Positions 36,813-47,171 of a stretch of 64,000 nucleotides of DNA are shown piece after piece. Below the pieces are notes generated by a model. It searched no databases, was not told the DNA's origin, and saw nothing but the letters and a program-made list of their open reading frames with translations. Where the stretch lies: contig CAVOFA010000001.1 of NCBI GenBank assembly GCA_963694865.1, forward strand, positions 755 through 64,754, read 5' to 3'. The translations under genes and the position numbers were made by a program. Within the stretch, counting starts at the first letter, position 1, and every line of letters starts with the position of its first letter. Origin of the DNA: Gammaproteobacteria bacterium. Lineage in GTDB: Bacteria > Pseudomonadota > Gammaproteobacteria > Pseudomonadales > Pseudohongiellaceae.

Positions 36813-37634
36813 ATGAATAAACTCGAAAACATAAAACATATAATCTGCGTAGCCTCGGGTAAAGGCGGAGTTGGCAAGTCTACCACCGCGGTCAATCTGG
36901 CGCTGGCACTGCACCAGCAGAGGCATCGAGTCGGATTGCTTGACGCAGATATTTATGGACCCAGTGTGCCACTTATGATGGGAGTGCCGCCAGGCACCAA
37001 GCCGCAAATAAAAGAGCAAAAATTCATGCTGCCGATTGTGGCCCATGGCATCGAATGCAATTCGATGGGGTTTTTAGTGGATCCCGGCACCGCTATGGTG
37101 TGGCGTGCTCCCATGATAATTTCGGCTTTCAATCAGATTCTCACGGATACAGCCTGGTCTGATCTTGACTATTTGGTGATCGATATGCCCCCAGGCACTG
37201 GAGATATTCAGCTTAGCTTGGCGCAATCAGTGAGTGTTAGTGGAGCTGTGATAGTCACCACTCCACAGGATGTCGCACTGCTTGATGCCCGCAAGGGCAT
37301 CGAAATGTTTAATAAAGTCGGGGTTCCTATTCTGGGTGTAGTTGAAAATATGAGCCTGCATATTTGTAGTGCTTGCGGTCACGAGGAAGCTATTTTTGGC
37401 AGCGGCGGTGGTGAACTACTCTCCAGTGAATACGGTGTCGATGTTATTGCGCGCCTGCCCTTGGATATTGTAATCAGGGAGACCGCCGACAGCGGCAATC
37501 CTGTGGTAGCATCTGACGCTGATCATACCGCGGCGCAAGCGTACTTGAGCCTGGCGAAGCGCGTGGTGGAGCAGGTCAATTCGATTGAGGCATCCAGAGT
37601 AACTTCTCCTAGTGTAACGATTATGGACGATTAG
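36813..37634 (+). CDS. apbC: Fe-S cluster carrier ATPase (Mrp/ApbC/NBP35 family)
   Basis: 273 aa. It has the deviant Walker A (VASGKGGVGKSTTAVNLA), the block DMPPGTGD and a CxxC (CSAC). Confidence 0.9.
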   Translation: MNKLENIKHIICVASGKGGVGKSTTAVNLALALHQQRHRVGLLDADIYGPSVPLMMGVPPGTKPQIKEQKFMLPIVAHGIECNSMGFLVDPGTAMVWRAPMIISAFNQILTDTAWSDLDYLVIDMPPGTGDIQLSLAQSVSVSGAVIVTTPQDVALLDARKGIEMFNKVGVPILGVVENMSLHICSACGHEEAIFGSGGGELLSSEYGVDVIARLPLDIVIRETADSGNPVVASDADHTAAQAYLSLAKRVVEQVNSIEASRVTSPSVTIMDD

Positions 37635-37701
37635 CATCTTTTTTCTTCATCCGATTTAAAATAACACGCTGCGCCTGTCGCAGAGCAAATGGGGTATTAC
37701 T

Positions 37702-39372
37702 TTGGACGCAGTTAATGATTTTTTGATATTTCTGGACAGCTTTCTGGGTAGTGCAATATGGTTTCCCACCTTGTTGTTGTCCGTAGGTATATTTTTTACG
37801 ATTTATCTTGGGTTTCCCCAAATTCGGTATTTCAAGCATGCGATCAGAGTAACCACCGGCAAATTCGACAAGGACGGTGCTAAAGGCGATACCAGCCATT
37901 TTCAGGCGCTGGCTACGGCACTTTCCGGTACTGTCGGTACCGGCAACATCGGCGGTGTAGCTCTGGCTTTGCACCTGGGTGGTCCTGCGGCCTTGTTCTG
38001 GATGTGGATGACGGCATTTTTCGGTATGACCAGTAAGTTTGTGGAGGTGACACTGTCGCATAAGTACCGCAATCAAACCCCGGATGGCACCATGGCTGGT
38101 GGGCCGATGTACTACATGGAGAAAGGACTGAATGCCAAATGGCTGGCGATAATTTTCGCTATGGCGACGGTGTTGAGTTCATTTGGTACCGGTAATCTTC
38201 CCCAGATTAATAGCATTGCCGCAGGGCTGGAAAGTACTTTTTCGCTTGATCCTTTAATTACGGCGAGCGTGCTATCGGTGTGCCTGGCTCTGGTAATTAT
38301 TGGCGGTATCACCCGTATCGCGAAAGTAGCGGCAACCATTGTACCAACCATGGCGCTTATCTATCTTATAGGAGCAGTTGCCGTCATTATTCCCAATGTT
38401 GGCAACATCATTCCATCTTTCGTTTCCATATTCAGCGATGCCTTCACCGGTTCGGCCGCTGCCGGTGGATTTTTAGGGGCGACCTTCGCCTATGCCTTCG
38501 ATCGTGGTGTCAATCGCGGCCTGTATTCGAATGAGGCGGGACAGGGCTCTGCTCCCATAGCGCATGCGGCCGCACGCACCGACGAGCCAGCAGATGAAGG
38601 CATGGTTTCGATATTGGAACCTTTCATCGATACCATTGTGATCTGTACGATTACCGGACTGGTGATACTTTCTTCGGGCGTGTGGATGGAAAAATTCCAG
38701 AATGAGTTTCAACGCGCCGATATGGCTTTTGTTGCTGGTAGCTACGCGGAATCGAATGCTACGGATGTTGAGGAGCTATTTTCTTTTCTAAACGGTGATG
38801 AATCGAATGTCAGCGGTTATTCCGGACAGATAAATTTAGTCGCTGGTGAAGCGGTTAGCGGCAACGATTTCACTCTTCTCAATTCCAGATCTTTCGCCGA
38901 AAACGTAATTTATTCGAGAGGCGGCGAGCCAATAACCGGCACGGTGGTAGTGGCCGGTGGCCGCTTGGAAGACACCAGTGTCGAGGTCAATGGAGAATCC
39001 TTGCTACATTCTGTGCCGCTCACGACAATGGCCTTCAGCAGGGGGCTGTTCGGAGAGTTTGGTAAATACATTGTTGCTATAGGTTTGATGTTGTTTGCGT
39101 TTTCTACTGCTATTGCCTGGTCCTATTACGGTGATCGCGCGATGACCTATTTGTTGGGCCCGAAATCCATACTACCCTATCGGATAGTCTATGTTCTTGC
39201 ATTTTTCTACGCCGCTCTGGCCGATACAACTATCGTTTGGAACCTCGCCTTAATTACTATTGTGCTGATGACGGTGCCTAACCTGATAGGGATATTATTT
39301 ATGCACAGGGAAATGAAACAAACCGTCAAGCAGTATTGGGAGAAGACCGACCACGGTAAGCATAAAACCTGA
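37702..39372 (+). CDS. Alanine/glycine:cation symporter (AGCS family) with a large extra loop
   Basis: 556 aa with a TTG start in the track. It has the AGCS signature ([21 protein letters not shown]) and the block [18 protein letters not shown]. About 95-110 non-hydrophobic residues are inserted between helices (nt ~38686-39009). Confidence 0.85.
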   Translation: MDAVNDFLIFLDSFLGSAIWFPTLLLSVGIFFTIYLGFPQIRYFKHAIRVTTGKFDKDGAKGDTSHFQALATALSGTVGTGNIGGVALALHLGGPAALFWMWMTAFFGMTSKFVEVTLSHKYRNQTPDGTMAGGPMYYMEKGLNAKWLAIIFAMATVLSSFGTGNLPQINSIAAGLESTFSLDPLITASVLSVCLALVIIGGITRIAKVAATIVPTMALIYLIGAVAVIIPNVGNIIPSFVSIFSDAFTGSAAAGGFLGATFAYAFDRGVNRGLYSNEAGQGSAPIAHAAARTDEPADEGMVSILEPFIDTIVICTITGLVILSSGVWMEKFQNEFQRADMAFVAGSYAESNATDVEELFSFLNGDESNVSGYSGQINLVAGEAVSGNDFTLLNSRSFAENVIYSRGGEPITGTVVVAGGRLEDTSVEVNGESLLHSVPLTTMAFSRGLFGEFGKYIVAIGLMLFAFSTAIAWSYYGDRAMTYLLGPKSILPYRIVYVLAFFYAALADTTIVWNLALITIVLMTVPNLIGILFMHREMKQTVKQYWEKTDHGKHKT

Positions 39373-39390
39373 ATTGCTCAGGGTTTATGC

Positions 39391-41064
39391 TCAGGATTCA
39401 CCAGGCAGTCTGATATTTTCGACAATTTTCTGAACTTCTGCCGGGGGCTCATCGGTGAATTTTGACACCGTATAAGCAACAGCCAGGTTGGCCATGGTTC
39501 CCAGTGTGCCTATTCCTTCCGGCGATATCCCGAACCACCAACCTTCAGCATTGTCTGCAGCTGGATTGATAAATCTGAAATAAATAATATACATCGCAGT
39601 AAAGCCGAAGCCGGCGAGCATTCCAGCGATGGCTCCTTCCTTGTTCATCCGCTTGTTAAATATTCCCATTACTATGGCCGGGAAGAAGGATGCTGCCGCC
39701 AAGCCAAAAGCAAAAGCTACCACCTGCGCGACATAGGCGGGCGGATTAATGCCAAAATAACCTGCGACTAACACCGCGATGAAAATCGATATACGGGCGT
39801 AGCGTAGCTCCTGTTTCTCGGTAATATCCGGCATGAAACTGCGTTTGAGGAAGTCATGGGCTACCGAGGTTGAAATCACCAGCAACAGGCCGGCGGCGGT
39901 AGATAGAGCTGCAGCCAGCGCACCTGCGGCCACCAGGGCCACAACCCAATTGGGCAATCCCGCGATCTCAGGATTAGCTAGCACCATGATGTCGCGATTC
40001 ACCTCAAGTTCGTTTGTGTCGGGATCGCCGACATACTGAATCCTGCCATCACCATTTTTGTCATCGAAGCTTATGAGGTTAGTCGTTTCCCATTTGCTGA
40101 ACCATTCCGGCATAGCTGTATATTCGATGTTGTTAACGGTGTTAATGAGATTGGTTTTTGCAAATGCCGCAACCGCCGGCGCCGTGGTGTAGAGGATGGC
40201 AATGAATACGAGTGCGTAGCCTGCTGACTTACGCGCATCCCTGACATTAGGCACGGTGAAAAAACGAATGATTACATGGGGTAAGCCAGCGGTCCCAAAC
40301 ATCAGTGCTGCGGTGATAAAGAACACATCCTGAGTGCTGCGATGACCGTCTGTGTAGGTGGGGAAACCTAGCTCCTGGCTGAGACCATCGAGACGGTCGA
40401 GTAAATATCCGCTGCCGTCCAGTAGTTCAGAGCCAAATCCTATTTGCGGAATAGCCTGGCCTGTCATCTGTATGGAAATAAAGATAGCAGGCACCATGAA
40501 GGCAAATATCAGGACGCAATACTGTGCAACCTGGGTATAGGTAATGCCTTTCATTCCACCCAATACCGCATAGAAAAATACTATCGCCATGCCGATCACT
40601 ACACCAACTGTTATATCTACTTCGAGAAATCTGGAGAAAACGATCCCCGCCCCCTGCATCTGTCCGCAGACATAGACAAACGAAATTACGATTGCGCAAA
40701 ATACGGCGATTAACCTGGCTGGTCTGGAGTAATAACGATCGCCGATAAAATCAGGCACTGTGAATTTTCCGAACTTGCGCAAGTAGGGTGCTAGTAGCAG
40801 CGCCAGCAATACATAGCCACCGGTCCAACCCATAAGATAAAACGCACCGTCTCTGCCAAGAAAGGAGATGAGTCCGGCCATGGAGATAAAGGAAGCGGCG
40901 GACATCCAGTCAGCAGCAGTAGCCATGCCGTTAGCCAGTGGCGGCACGTTACCGCCTGCTACGTAGAATTCTTTGGTGGAACTGGCTCGAGACCAGATTG
41001 CGATGCCTATATAGAGACTAAATGTCAGAAAGACAAAAACATATGTCCAAATTTGTACGCTCAT
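39391..41064 (-). CDS. Sodium:solute symporter family transporter (large subunit of the DUF4212-paired type)
   Basis: 557 aa with about 13-14 TM and SSS-family blocks. Its start overlaps the stop of the upstream small-subunit gene (ATGA). Confidence 0.85.
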   Translation of the reverse strand: MSVQIWTYVFVFLTFSLYIGIAIWSRASSTKEFYVAGGNVPPLANGMATAADWMSAASFISMAGLISFLGRDGAFYLMGWTGGYVLLALLLAPYLRKFGKFTVPDFIGDRYYSRPARLIAVFCAIVISFVYVCGQMQGAGIVFSRFLEVDITVGVVIGMAIVFFYAVLGGMKGITYTQVAQYCVLIFAFMVPAIFISIQMTGQAIPQIGFGSELLDGSGYLLDRLDGLSQELGFPTYTDGHRSTQDVFFITAALMFGTAGLPHVIIRFFTVPNVRDARKSAGYALVFIAILYTTAPAVAAFAKTNLINTVNNIEYTAMPEWFSKWETTNLISFDDKNGDGRIQYVGDPDTNELEVNRDIMVLANPEIAGLPNWVVALVAAGALAAALSTAAGLLLVISTSVAHDFLKRSFMPDITEKQELRYARISIFIAVLVAGYFGINPPAYVAQVVAFAFGLAAASFFPAIVMGIFNKRMNKEGAIAGMLAGFGFTAMYIIYFRFINPAADNAEGWWFGISPEGIGTLGTMANLAVAYTVSKFTDEPPAEVQKIVENIRLPGES

Positions 41065-41354
41065 TCTGACTCCCCTGCAGTTTCAGTGCTACTGACCTGG
41101 GAAGATTTCTGATTGTAACTGTCATCCAGCTTGTCCATAAGACGGATGTAAATGAGTATGAGAGCGACGAAGACAAATATCGAACCCTGCTGTGCTATCC
41201 AAAAGCCGAATTTGAATCCACCGAATTGAATGGTATCCAGCGCGTCAACGAATAGTATTCCGCAGCCAAAAGAGATAAAAAACCAGACACTCAACAAGGA
41301 GAGTACAATTTTTATATTCGCTTTCCAGTAGTTTTGGGCGCTGTTATCAGACAT
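41061..41354 (-). CDS. DUF4212-type small membrane subunit of the solute:sodium symporter
   Basis: 97 aa with two TM. It has YWKANIKIV... and FGFWIAQQGSI, typical of the family as I recall. It is translationally coupled to the SSS gene. Confidence 0.8.
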   Translation of the reverse strand: MSDNSAQNYWKANIKIVLSLLSVWFFISFGCGILFVDALDTIQFGGFKFGFWIAQQGSIFVFVALILIYIRLMDKLDDSYNQKSSQVSSTETAGESE

Positions 41355-41360
41355 CGTGTG

Positions 41361-41377
41361 CCTCTTGTTATTATTAG
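41361..41377 (-). promoter_or_regulatory. A-rich AAnAAnAA motif fused to the Shine-Dalgarno of the DUF4212/SSS operon
   Basis: The minus strand reads GCUAAUAAUAACAAGAGGCACACGAUG. AAUAAUAACAA lies directly 5' of, and overlaps, AAGAGG, which ends 6 nt before the AUG at 41354. Confidence 0.45.
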
Positions 41378-41554
41378 CTTCTCAGCAGCTGGCGCTGCAG
41401 CTTGATTCCGTCAAATTGACGCGAAAAGATGGTATCACTTAATCACGGTACGGTATAGCCGACGAATAGTGAGACTTGTGCGCGTGACAGAAGGTTGCAA
41501 AGGACATTTTGAAGTGGTGGCGAATGAACAGAAATTAAAATAAGCTGCTTCGAA

Positions 41555-42073
41555 TTATGGCAGTGTGAAGAGGGCTAGATACTTTTCCAGTTTCGACTTG
41601 ATGGCAGCTTTCCTGGCCTCATCGGCATGCCGGTGATCGCGCTGAAATTGTCGGAGCTTCTGCCTTTCCAGCGCAGGGTGGGTCTGCAGCAGGGTGTTAA
41701 TTTCTGTATCACCGGCTGTTAGTATGCTGGCACACCAGTCGCTATCACCGGTCTGGGAGGACGCTGGAATTTGAGGAGTAGCCTGCTGTCGTGCTGTTTT
41801 TTGACGATCTATGGCGCTGACAATGCCGTCATAGTCGCAAGTGCGCATTAACTTGCCAATAAATTGCCGTTGGCGCCTGCGTGCACCATGGCTTTTAGGC
41901 AGACGATTGAATTCAGCAATGGCGGCAACCAGCTTGGGGGGCAGGGGGAGTTCTTGTAGCAGAGCAGGTTTGTAGCCTGTCAGCTCTTCCCCCAGCTTTT
42001 GCATCGCCAGCGCCTCCTGCTTGCGTTGCGTCTTGCTGATCAATTCTGTTGCTGCGGTGTCGTGCCCTGACAT
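41555..42073 (-). CDS. yjgA: Ribosome-associated protein YjgA (DUF615)
   Basis: 172 aa. It has SKTQRKQEALAMQKLGEEL and GARRRQRQFIGKLMR. Confidence 0.8.
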   Translation of the reverse strand: MSGHDTAATELISKTQRKQEALAMQKLGEELTGYKPALLQELPLPPKLVAAIAEFNRLPKSHGARRRQRQFIGKLMRTCDYDGIVSAIDRQKTARQQATPQIPASSQTGDSDWCASILTAGDTEINTLLQTHPALERQKLRQFQRDHRHADEARKAAIKSKLEKYLALFTLP

Positions 42074-42088
42074 CTACTTATGTGCTCC

Positions 42089-43447
42089 TTACAAATAGAA
42101 AAGCTGGGCCAATCCCAGGAAGGCGAAGAAGCCTACAGAATCGGTAACTGTAGTTAATGCCACCGAGCCGGCGAGGGCGGGGTCGATGTTCATGCGTTTT
42201 AGAAAGAGTGGCAGGTAGGTGCCAGCCAACGCAGCAATCACCAGGTTAATCATCATTGCCGCGGCGATGATGTAACTCAATGGCAAATCCCGGTACCAGG
42301 CGTAGGTAATGACGGAGATTACCAGGGCCCACACCATTCCATTCAAGATGGCGACTCCCAGCTCTCTGGTGAGCAACCAGCGACTATTGGCGGGGCTTAA
42401 ATGTCCAAGCGCCTGGCTTCTAATCACCAGTGTGAGGGTCTGGGTGCCGGCAACGCCTCCCATGTTGGCGACAATAGGCATCAATACCGCCAGGTAAACC
42501 ACCTGGTCGAGGGTGTCCTGAAACAAATAGATGACCAGCGATGCCACGATCGCAGTCATCAAATTTACTCCCAGCCAGAGCGCGCGGCGCCTGGCTGTCT
42601 TTACCACCGGTGCGAAGCTGTCATCCTCTTCGTCCAGGCCTGCCATGCTCATCAATGAATGCTCGGTGGTGTCGCGAATTACATCGACGATGTCATCGAT
42701 GGTGATGCGACCCAGTAGCTTGCCGTTGGCATCGACTACCGGTGCCGAGACCCAGTCATGCTGTTCGAAAAGCTGGGCGACCTCAGTGGCTTCCATATCG
42801 ACGGGAATGGCGTCTATATCTTCACGCATAACCTTGCGCACCGAAATATTTGGACCAGACACCAGTAGCTCGCGTAAGGGTAGTATTCCCAGAAATTCGT
42901 CGTCGCGGTTGACGACGTGGAGATTGTCAGTCATCTGCGGGATTGAATCGTGACGCCGCAAGTATCGAAGCACCAGTTCAACTGTATGACGTGGTCGCAC
43001 GGTGATGGTGTCGGTGTTCATCAAGCCGCCAGCAGTGTCTTCATCGTAGGAGAGTACCGACTCTACCCGCTGGCGATCTTGCTGATCCATAGCCCGCAGC
43101 ACCTGCGAGGCAACTTGCTGGGGTAGTTGCTGCAGAATGTCCGCCAGATCGTCTGTTTCCAGGCCCTCGGTGAGTTCTGCTACCTGTTCGGCGTTGAGTT
43201 CGCTAAGAAATTCAGCCTGCAGGTCTTCATTCAGATACTGAATGACCTCGCCTTCGACCTCTTTATCTATCAGCTGCCGAAGTACGCTTCTGGTTTTTGG
43301 GGGCGATGATTCGAGCAGGTGAGCTATGCCGGCGGTCGGCAGAGTTTTAATCATCTGCCTTACCTGATGCAGCGATCCGCTATCGAGCGTCTGATTCAGC
43401 TCAAGTACGCGATCCAACTGAAGTTTGGCTTCCTTAAGCTGCGGCAT
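42089..43447 (-). CDS. mgtE: Magnesium transporter MgtE
   Basis: 452 aa with an MgtE N-domain, tandem CBS domains and a C-terminal 5-TM domain (VTDSVGFFAFLGLA). Confidence 0.9.
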   Translation of the reverse strand: MPQLKEAKLQLDRVLELNQTLDSGSLHQVRQMIKTLPTAGIAHLLESSPPKTRSVLRQLIDKEVEGEVIQYLNEDLQAEFLSELNAEQVAELTEGLETDDLADILQQLPQQVASQVLRAMDQQDRQRVESVLSYDEDTAGGLMNTDTITVRPRHTVELVLRYLRRHDSIPQMTDNLHVVNRDDEFLGILPLRELLVSGPNISVRKVMREDIDAIPVDMEATEVAQLFEQHDWVSAPVVDANGKLLGRITIDDIVDVIRDTTEHSLMSMAGLDEEDDSFAPVVKTARRRALWLGVNLMTAIVASLVIYLFQDTLDQVVYLAVLMPIVANMGGVAGTQTLTLVIRSQALGHLSPANSRWLLTRELGVAILNGMVWALVISVITYAWYRDLPLSYIIAAAMMINLVIAALAGTYLPLFLKRMNIDPALAGSVALTTVTDSVGFFAFLGLAQLFYL

Positions 43448-43647
43448 GTTGTCAAATTCCTGAGCTGGAGATCGGCTTGCTTCGGCAAGAACGGCGTAGT
43501 AGTGCGGTCCTGACAGGCTTGTGGGTCTCTCTGAAGTGTCCGATATTGCTGGGCTGGAGCAATTCTACCGTCAATCTACAGCCAAGAGAAACTCTGTCTG
43601 GCCAGGGCCCGAGAAATTATCACGGCAGCGGCGCTGCGGATCGGGAA

Positions 43648-43914
43648 TTATTCGGGCTCGCCGAAGCGATCTTCAATCAAGGCGATAATAGACTTCAGAG
43701 CCTGTTCTTCGTCTGCACCATTGGCGATAATATTGAGCTCGGTATTTTTTACCGCTGCTAACATCATCAATGAGAGGATGCTTTTTCCATCAACCATTTT
43801 GCTGTGACCGATTTGAATATCACTAGCAAAGGAGGAGCTAAGTTCAACCAGTTTGGATGCAGCTCTGGCGTGTAGGCCGGCGACATTAATTATAGTTGTT
43901 TTCGCTGATAGCAT
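43648..43914 (-). CDS. ptsO: HPr-family phosphocarrier NPr
   Basis: 88 aa. It has the active-site region NVAGLHARAASKLV and lies at the end of the rpoN-ptsN-rapZ cluster. Confidence 0.85.
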   Translation of the reverse strand: MLSAKTTIINVAGLHARAASKLVELSSSFASDIQIGHSKMVDGKSILSLMMLAAVKNTELNIIANGADEEQALKSIIALIEDRFGEPE

Positions 43915-43928
43915 GAAACATCAATATC

Positions 43929-44786
43929 CTATTGATCGAGCTCTCTGTGCCGCACCTGTACGTTGCTATTCTCGTTGGAGAATATTTCTCCAAGTTTCTC
44001 ACACAGGTAGACTGATCGATGTTGTCCGCCGGTGCAGCCCAGGGCCACAGTAATATAGCTGCGGTTATTGTTCTCGAAGCGTGGCAGCCATTTCCGCAAG
44101 AAGGACTCTATATCTCTGGACATCTCCTGCACTTCCTCCTGTGAATCCAGAAAGGCGATCACAGGAGCGTCCAGACCGGTGAGGGCCCTTAGTGAATTAT
44201 CCCAATAAGGATTTGGCAAGCAACGGACATCATAGACAATATCGGCGTCGGCAGATACCCCATTTTTGAAACCAAAGGACTGGAACAGTAATGCCAAGCC
44301 TGCTTGCTGGTTCTCCAGTAAGCGATTTATTACGGTATCACGCAACTGGTGTAACGACATTTGGCTGGTATCTATAGACAAGCTGGCCATTACCGAGATG
44401 GGTTCTAAAAGCTCAGATTCTCTGTCTATAGCTTCCTTCAGACCTACCAACTCGGAAGACAGGAAGTGTTTGCGTCGGTTTTCGCTGAAGCGTTTCAGTA
44501 GAGTCTGCCTACTGGCATCCAGAAACACAATTTCGGTGGGCAGTGCTTTTTTCTTTAACTCATTTATAATATTTGGAAATTTCTCGAGATCGGCTGAAAT
44601 ATTTCTGGCGTCAATACTGACGGCCACATTTGGTATGCCGGCCGTGTCTGCAGAAATTCTGTTGGCAAGCGCTGGCAGCAAACTAGCAGGCAAGTTATCG
44701 ATACAGTAATACCCGCGGTTTTCGAGGATATGGAGTACGGTACTTTTGCCGGAGCCAGATCTGCCGCTGATTACAGTAAGCTTCAT
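43929..44786 (-). CDS. rapZ: RNase adapter protein RapZ
   Basis: 285 aa. It has the P-loop ISGRSGSGKST and the C-terminal block GCTGGQHRSV. Confidence 0.9.
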   Translation of the reverse strand: MKLTVISGRSGSGKSTVLHILENRGYYCIDNLPASLLPALANRISADTAGIPNVAVSIDARNISADLEKFPNIINELKKKALPTEIVFLDASRQTLLKRFSENRRKHFLSSELVGLKEAIDRESELLEPISVMASLSIDTSQMSLHQLRDTVINRLLENQQAGLALLFQSFGFKNGVSADADIVYDVRCLPNPYWDNSLRALTGLDAPVIAFLDSQEEVQEMSRDIESFLRKWLPRFENNNRSYITVALGCTGGQHRSVYLCEKLGEIFSNENSNVQVRHRELDQ

Positions 44787-44896
44787 CGTATTTGGACTCG
44801 AACCTGCGTAAAATTCGCCAGGCTAATTATAGTGCAAACTTCGGGTAACTTAGAGGGAGATTATCTGCCTGGGGTTTACTCTAACTGGAGCTTAAT

Positions 44897-45385
44897 TTAA
44901 CCAGTAACGCCCGCCACTTGCCCGTTGTTGGCTCCCCAGTAGTTAATCGCCAGCTTGTACATATCTTCAGCTGTCCGAGTATCTCTCAATGACTGGCAGA
45001 AGTCTTTGTCATTGAATAGCTCGGCAAGACCTGCCAGTGCTTTTATGTGCTCGTTGTGCTGCAATTCCGGTACGATAAGTACAAAAAGAATATCGACGGG
45101 TTTGCCATCCGGGGTGTCAAAATCGACGGCTGTTTCAAGAGTTATCAGAGTGCCGACAATGTCCTGACATTGAGTAACACGACAGTGAGGAATTGCAATA
45201 CCCTCGCCCAGACCAGTGCTTCCCAATTGCTCGCGCGCCATCAATGCGTAAAAGATTTCATCTGCTTCCAGTTGGTTCGCATTAGCTGATATTAATTCGC
45301 TTGCTGTCTTTAAAATACGTTTTTTACTGCTGCCGGAAAGCACGCAGTGGCAGCTATCCGGGGCTAAGATTTGTTCCAATTGCAT
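44897..45385 (-). CDS. ptsN: PTS-Ntr EIIA
   Basis: 162 aa with the phosphorylation site context GEGIAIPHCR. Confidence 0.9.
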   Translation of the reverse strand: MQLEQILAPDSCHCVLSGSSKKRILKTASELISANANQLEADEIFYALMAREQLGSTGLGEGIAIPHCRVTQCQDIVGTLITLETAVDFDTPDGKPVDILFVLIVPELQHNEHIKALAGLAELFNDKDFCQSLRDTRTAEDMYKLAINYWGANNGQVAGVTG

Positions 45386-45462
45386 TTATAGGTATTCTCG
45401 CTTTGAACAGTCTACTGTCAGCTTTCTGTAATTACTTGTGAAGAGCTGGAGCTAAAATTTTC

Positions 45463-46968
45463 TCAATCTATCAGACGCTTACGCTCGTTGGAGGGGGGGA
45501 TAGCCAGAGCTTCTCTGTACTTGGCGATCGTGCGCCTGGCTACGTTGATACCTTTGTCGTCCAGCAGTTGGGTTATCTTGCTGTCGCTCAGTGGTTTTCT
45601 GGCATTCTCGGCAGAGATGAGCTTCCTCATAATCGCCCGGATTGCCGTCGATGAACATTCGCCTCCGCTCTTGGTTGAAACGTGGCTAGAGAAGAAATAC
45701 TTCAGTTCGAAAATCCCTCGGGGCGTATGCATGTATTTTTGTGTAGTCACGCGAGAAATAGTCGATTCGTGCATGCCGACTGCTTCGGCAATATCGTGAA
45801 GAACCAGCGGCTTCATCGCTTCTTCTCCGTATTCCAGAAATCCTCTTTGGTGTTCGACGATGCGAGTGGAAACCTGCATTAGGGTTTCGTTTCGGCTTTG
45901 TAAACTCTTGATGAACCAACGGGCTTCCTGGAGATTGTCTTTCAAATAATTGTTGTCGGTACTCGAATCGGCACGTTTTACCAGCGCGGCATAGCTGTCA
46001 CAAATTCTTATCTTGGGGGCAGTGTCAGGGTTTAATTCGATTTTCCACTTGCCGGTGTCCGTCTGCTTGGTAACGATTACGTCGGGTATGATATAGCTGG
46101 TGGAGGGCGGGGAGATATTGGCACCAGGGCGTGGGTCCAGACTTTCGATAACCTCGATGACATCTTGTAATTCTGCTTCCTTGAGCTTGGTGCGTCGCAT
46201 CAACTGCGCATAATCGCGATTTCCAAGCAGTTTAATATAATCACGAACAACAAGCTTTGCATTAACGATGGCAATGCTTAGTTCAGCCCCTTCAAATTGA
46301 TTTAATTGTATGAGCAGGCACTCAGACAGGTCTCTGTAGCCGACGCCGACCGGATCAAACTGTTGAATTCGATGTAATACCGCAAGCACCTCATCCAGTT
46401 CAATTTCAGCAGCAGGATTGAAACTAGAGAGTATTGTCTCAAGGTCTACCGTCAACATGCCATTGACATCGATAGCATCGATAATAGAGATCGCTATCGA
46501 ATTGTCCTGCTCCGACATTGGGGTTAGATTCAGTTGCCAGAGCAAATGATCCTGCAGGGTATCGACTGTAGTATTACGAGACTCGAAATCCATGGTGTCA
46601 GCATCGAATGATGCTGAGGACGAATAGGTGGTTGGGTAGACGTCGTCCCAATTACTATCCACTGCCAATTCGCTCGGAACCTGCTCCTGCCAGGTATTTT
46701 CGTCATTGTCTGTCGACGTACTTTCTTCCGGCTTTGATGTCGCCAGTTCAGCAATGTTTTCACTGTTGTTGTTTTCAGTTTCGGCAGGGGGTGGAGCGTC
46801 TTCGTCATCATTGGCTTCCATCAACTCCAACATTGGGTTCGACTCCAATGCTTGATGAATTTCCTGTTGCAGATCCAGCGTTGAGAGCTGCAGAAGACGA
46901 ATAGCTTGCTGCAGCTGTGGCGTCATGGTCAGTTGTTGACCGAGCTTTAGCTGCAGCGAGAGTTTCAT
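45463..46968 (-). CDS. rpoN: RNA polymerase sigma-54 factor
   Basis: 501 aa. It has the Q-rich region I ([25 protein letters not shown]), an acidic region II and the RpoN box ([12 protein letters not shown]). Confidence 0.95.
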   Translation of the reverse strand: MKLSLQLKLGQQLTMTPQLQQAIRLLQLSTLDLQQEIHQALESNPMLELMEANDDEDAPPPAETENNNSENIAELATSKPEESTSTDNDENTWQEQVPSELAVDSNWDDVYPTTYSSSASFDADTMDFESRNTTVDTLQDHLLWQLNLTPMSEQDNSIAISIIDAIDVNGMLTVDLETILSSFNPAAEIELDEVLAVLHRIQQFDPVGVGYRDLSECLLIQLNQFEGAELSIAIVNAKLVVRDYIKLLGNRDYAQLMRRTKLKEAELQDVIEVIESLDPRPGANISPPSTSYIIPDVIVTKQTDTGKWKIELNPDTAPKIRICDSYAALVKRADSSTDNNYLKDNLQEARWFIKSLQSRNETLMQVSTRIVEHQRGFLEYGEEAMKPLVLHDIAEAVGMHESTISRVTTQKYMHTPRGIFELKYFFSSHVSTKSGGECSSTAIRAIMRKLISAENARKPLSDSKITQLLDDKGINVARRTIAKYREALAIPPSNERKRLID

Positions 46969-47171
46969 TTAATTACTTCTGTACGCTGGATGGTTGATAA
47001 GTCTACTTTGGGTGGCGCTTTACGATCTTGATTCAGGTCATTGAGGGCAGAAGTATAGCAAGTTTCATGCCTTAATTGCATGGTCTTTTTGTCGATGAGC
47101 AATTTAGGTAATAGCTTTTAAAAAACAAACAGATAGAAAGCAGATGTGGTTCAGAGATGGACTTTCCAGAG

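Noticed and set aside
43448-43647. Possible Mg2+ riboswitch (M-box) in the 200-bp mgtE leader
   Set aside because: I found only small hairpins (for example CTTGC-CGAA-GCAAG) and none of the long multi-helix M-box architecture. There is no terminator/antiterminator pair.
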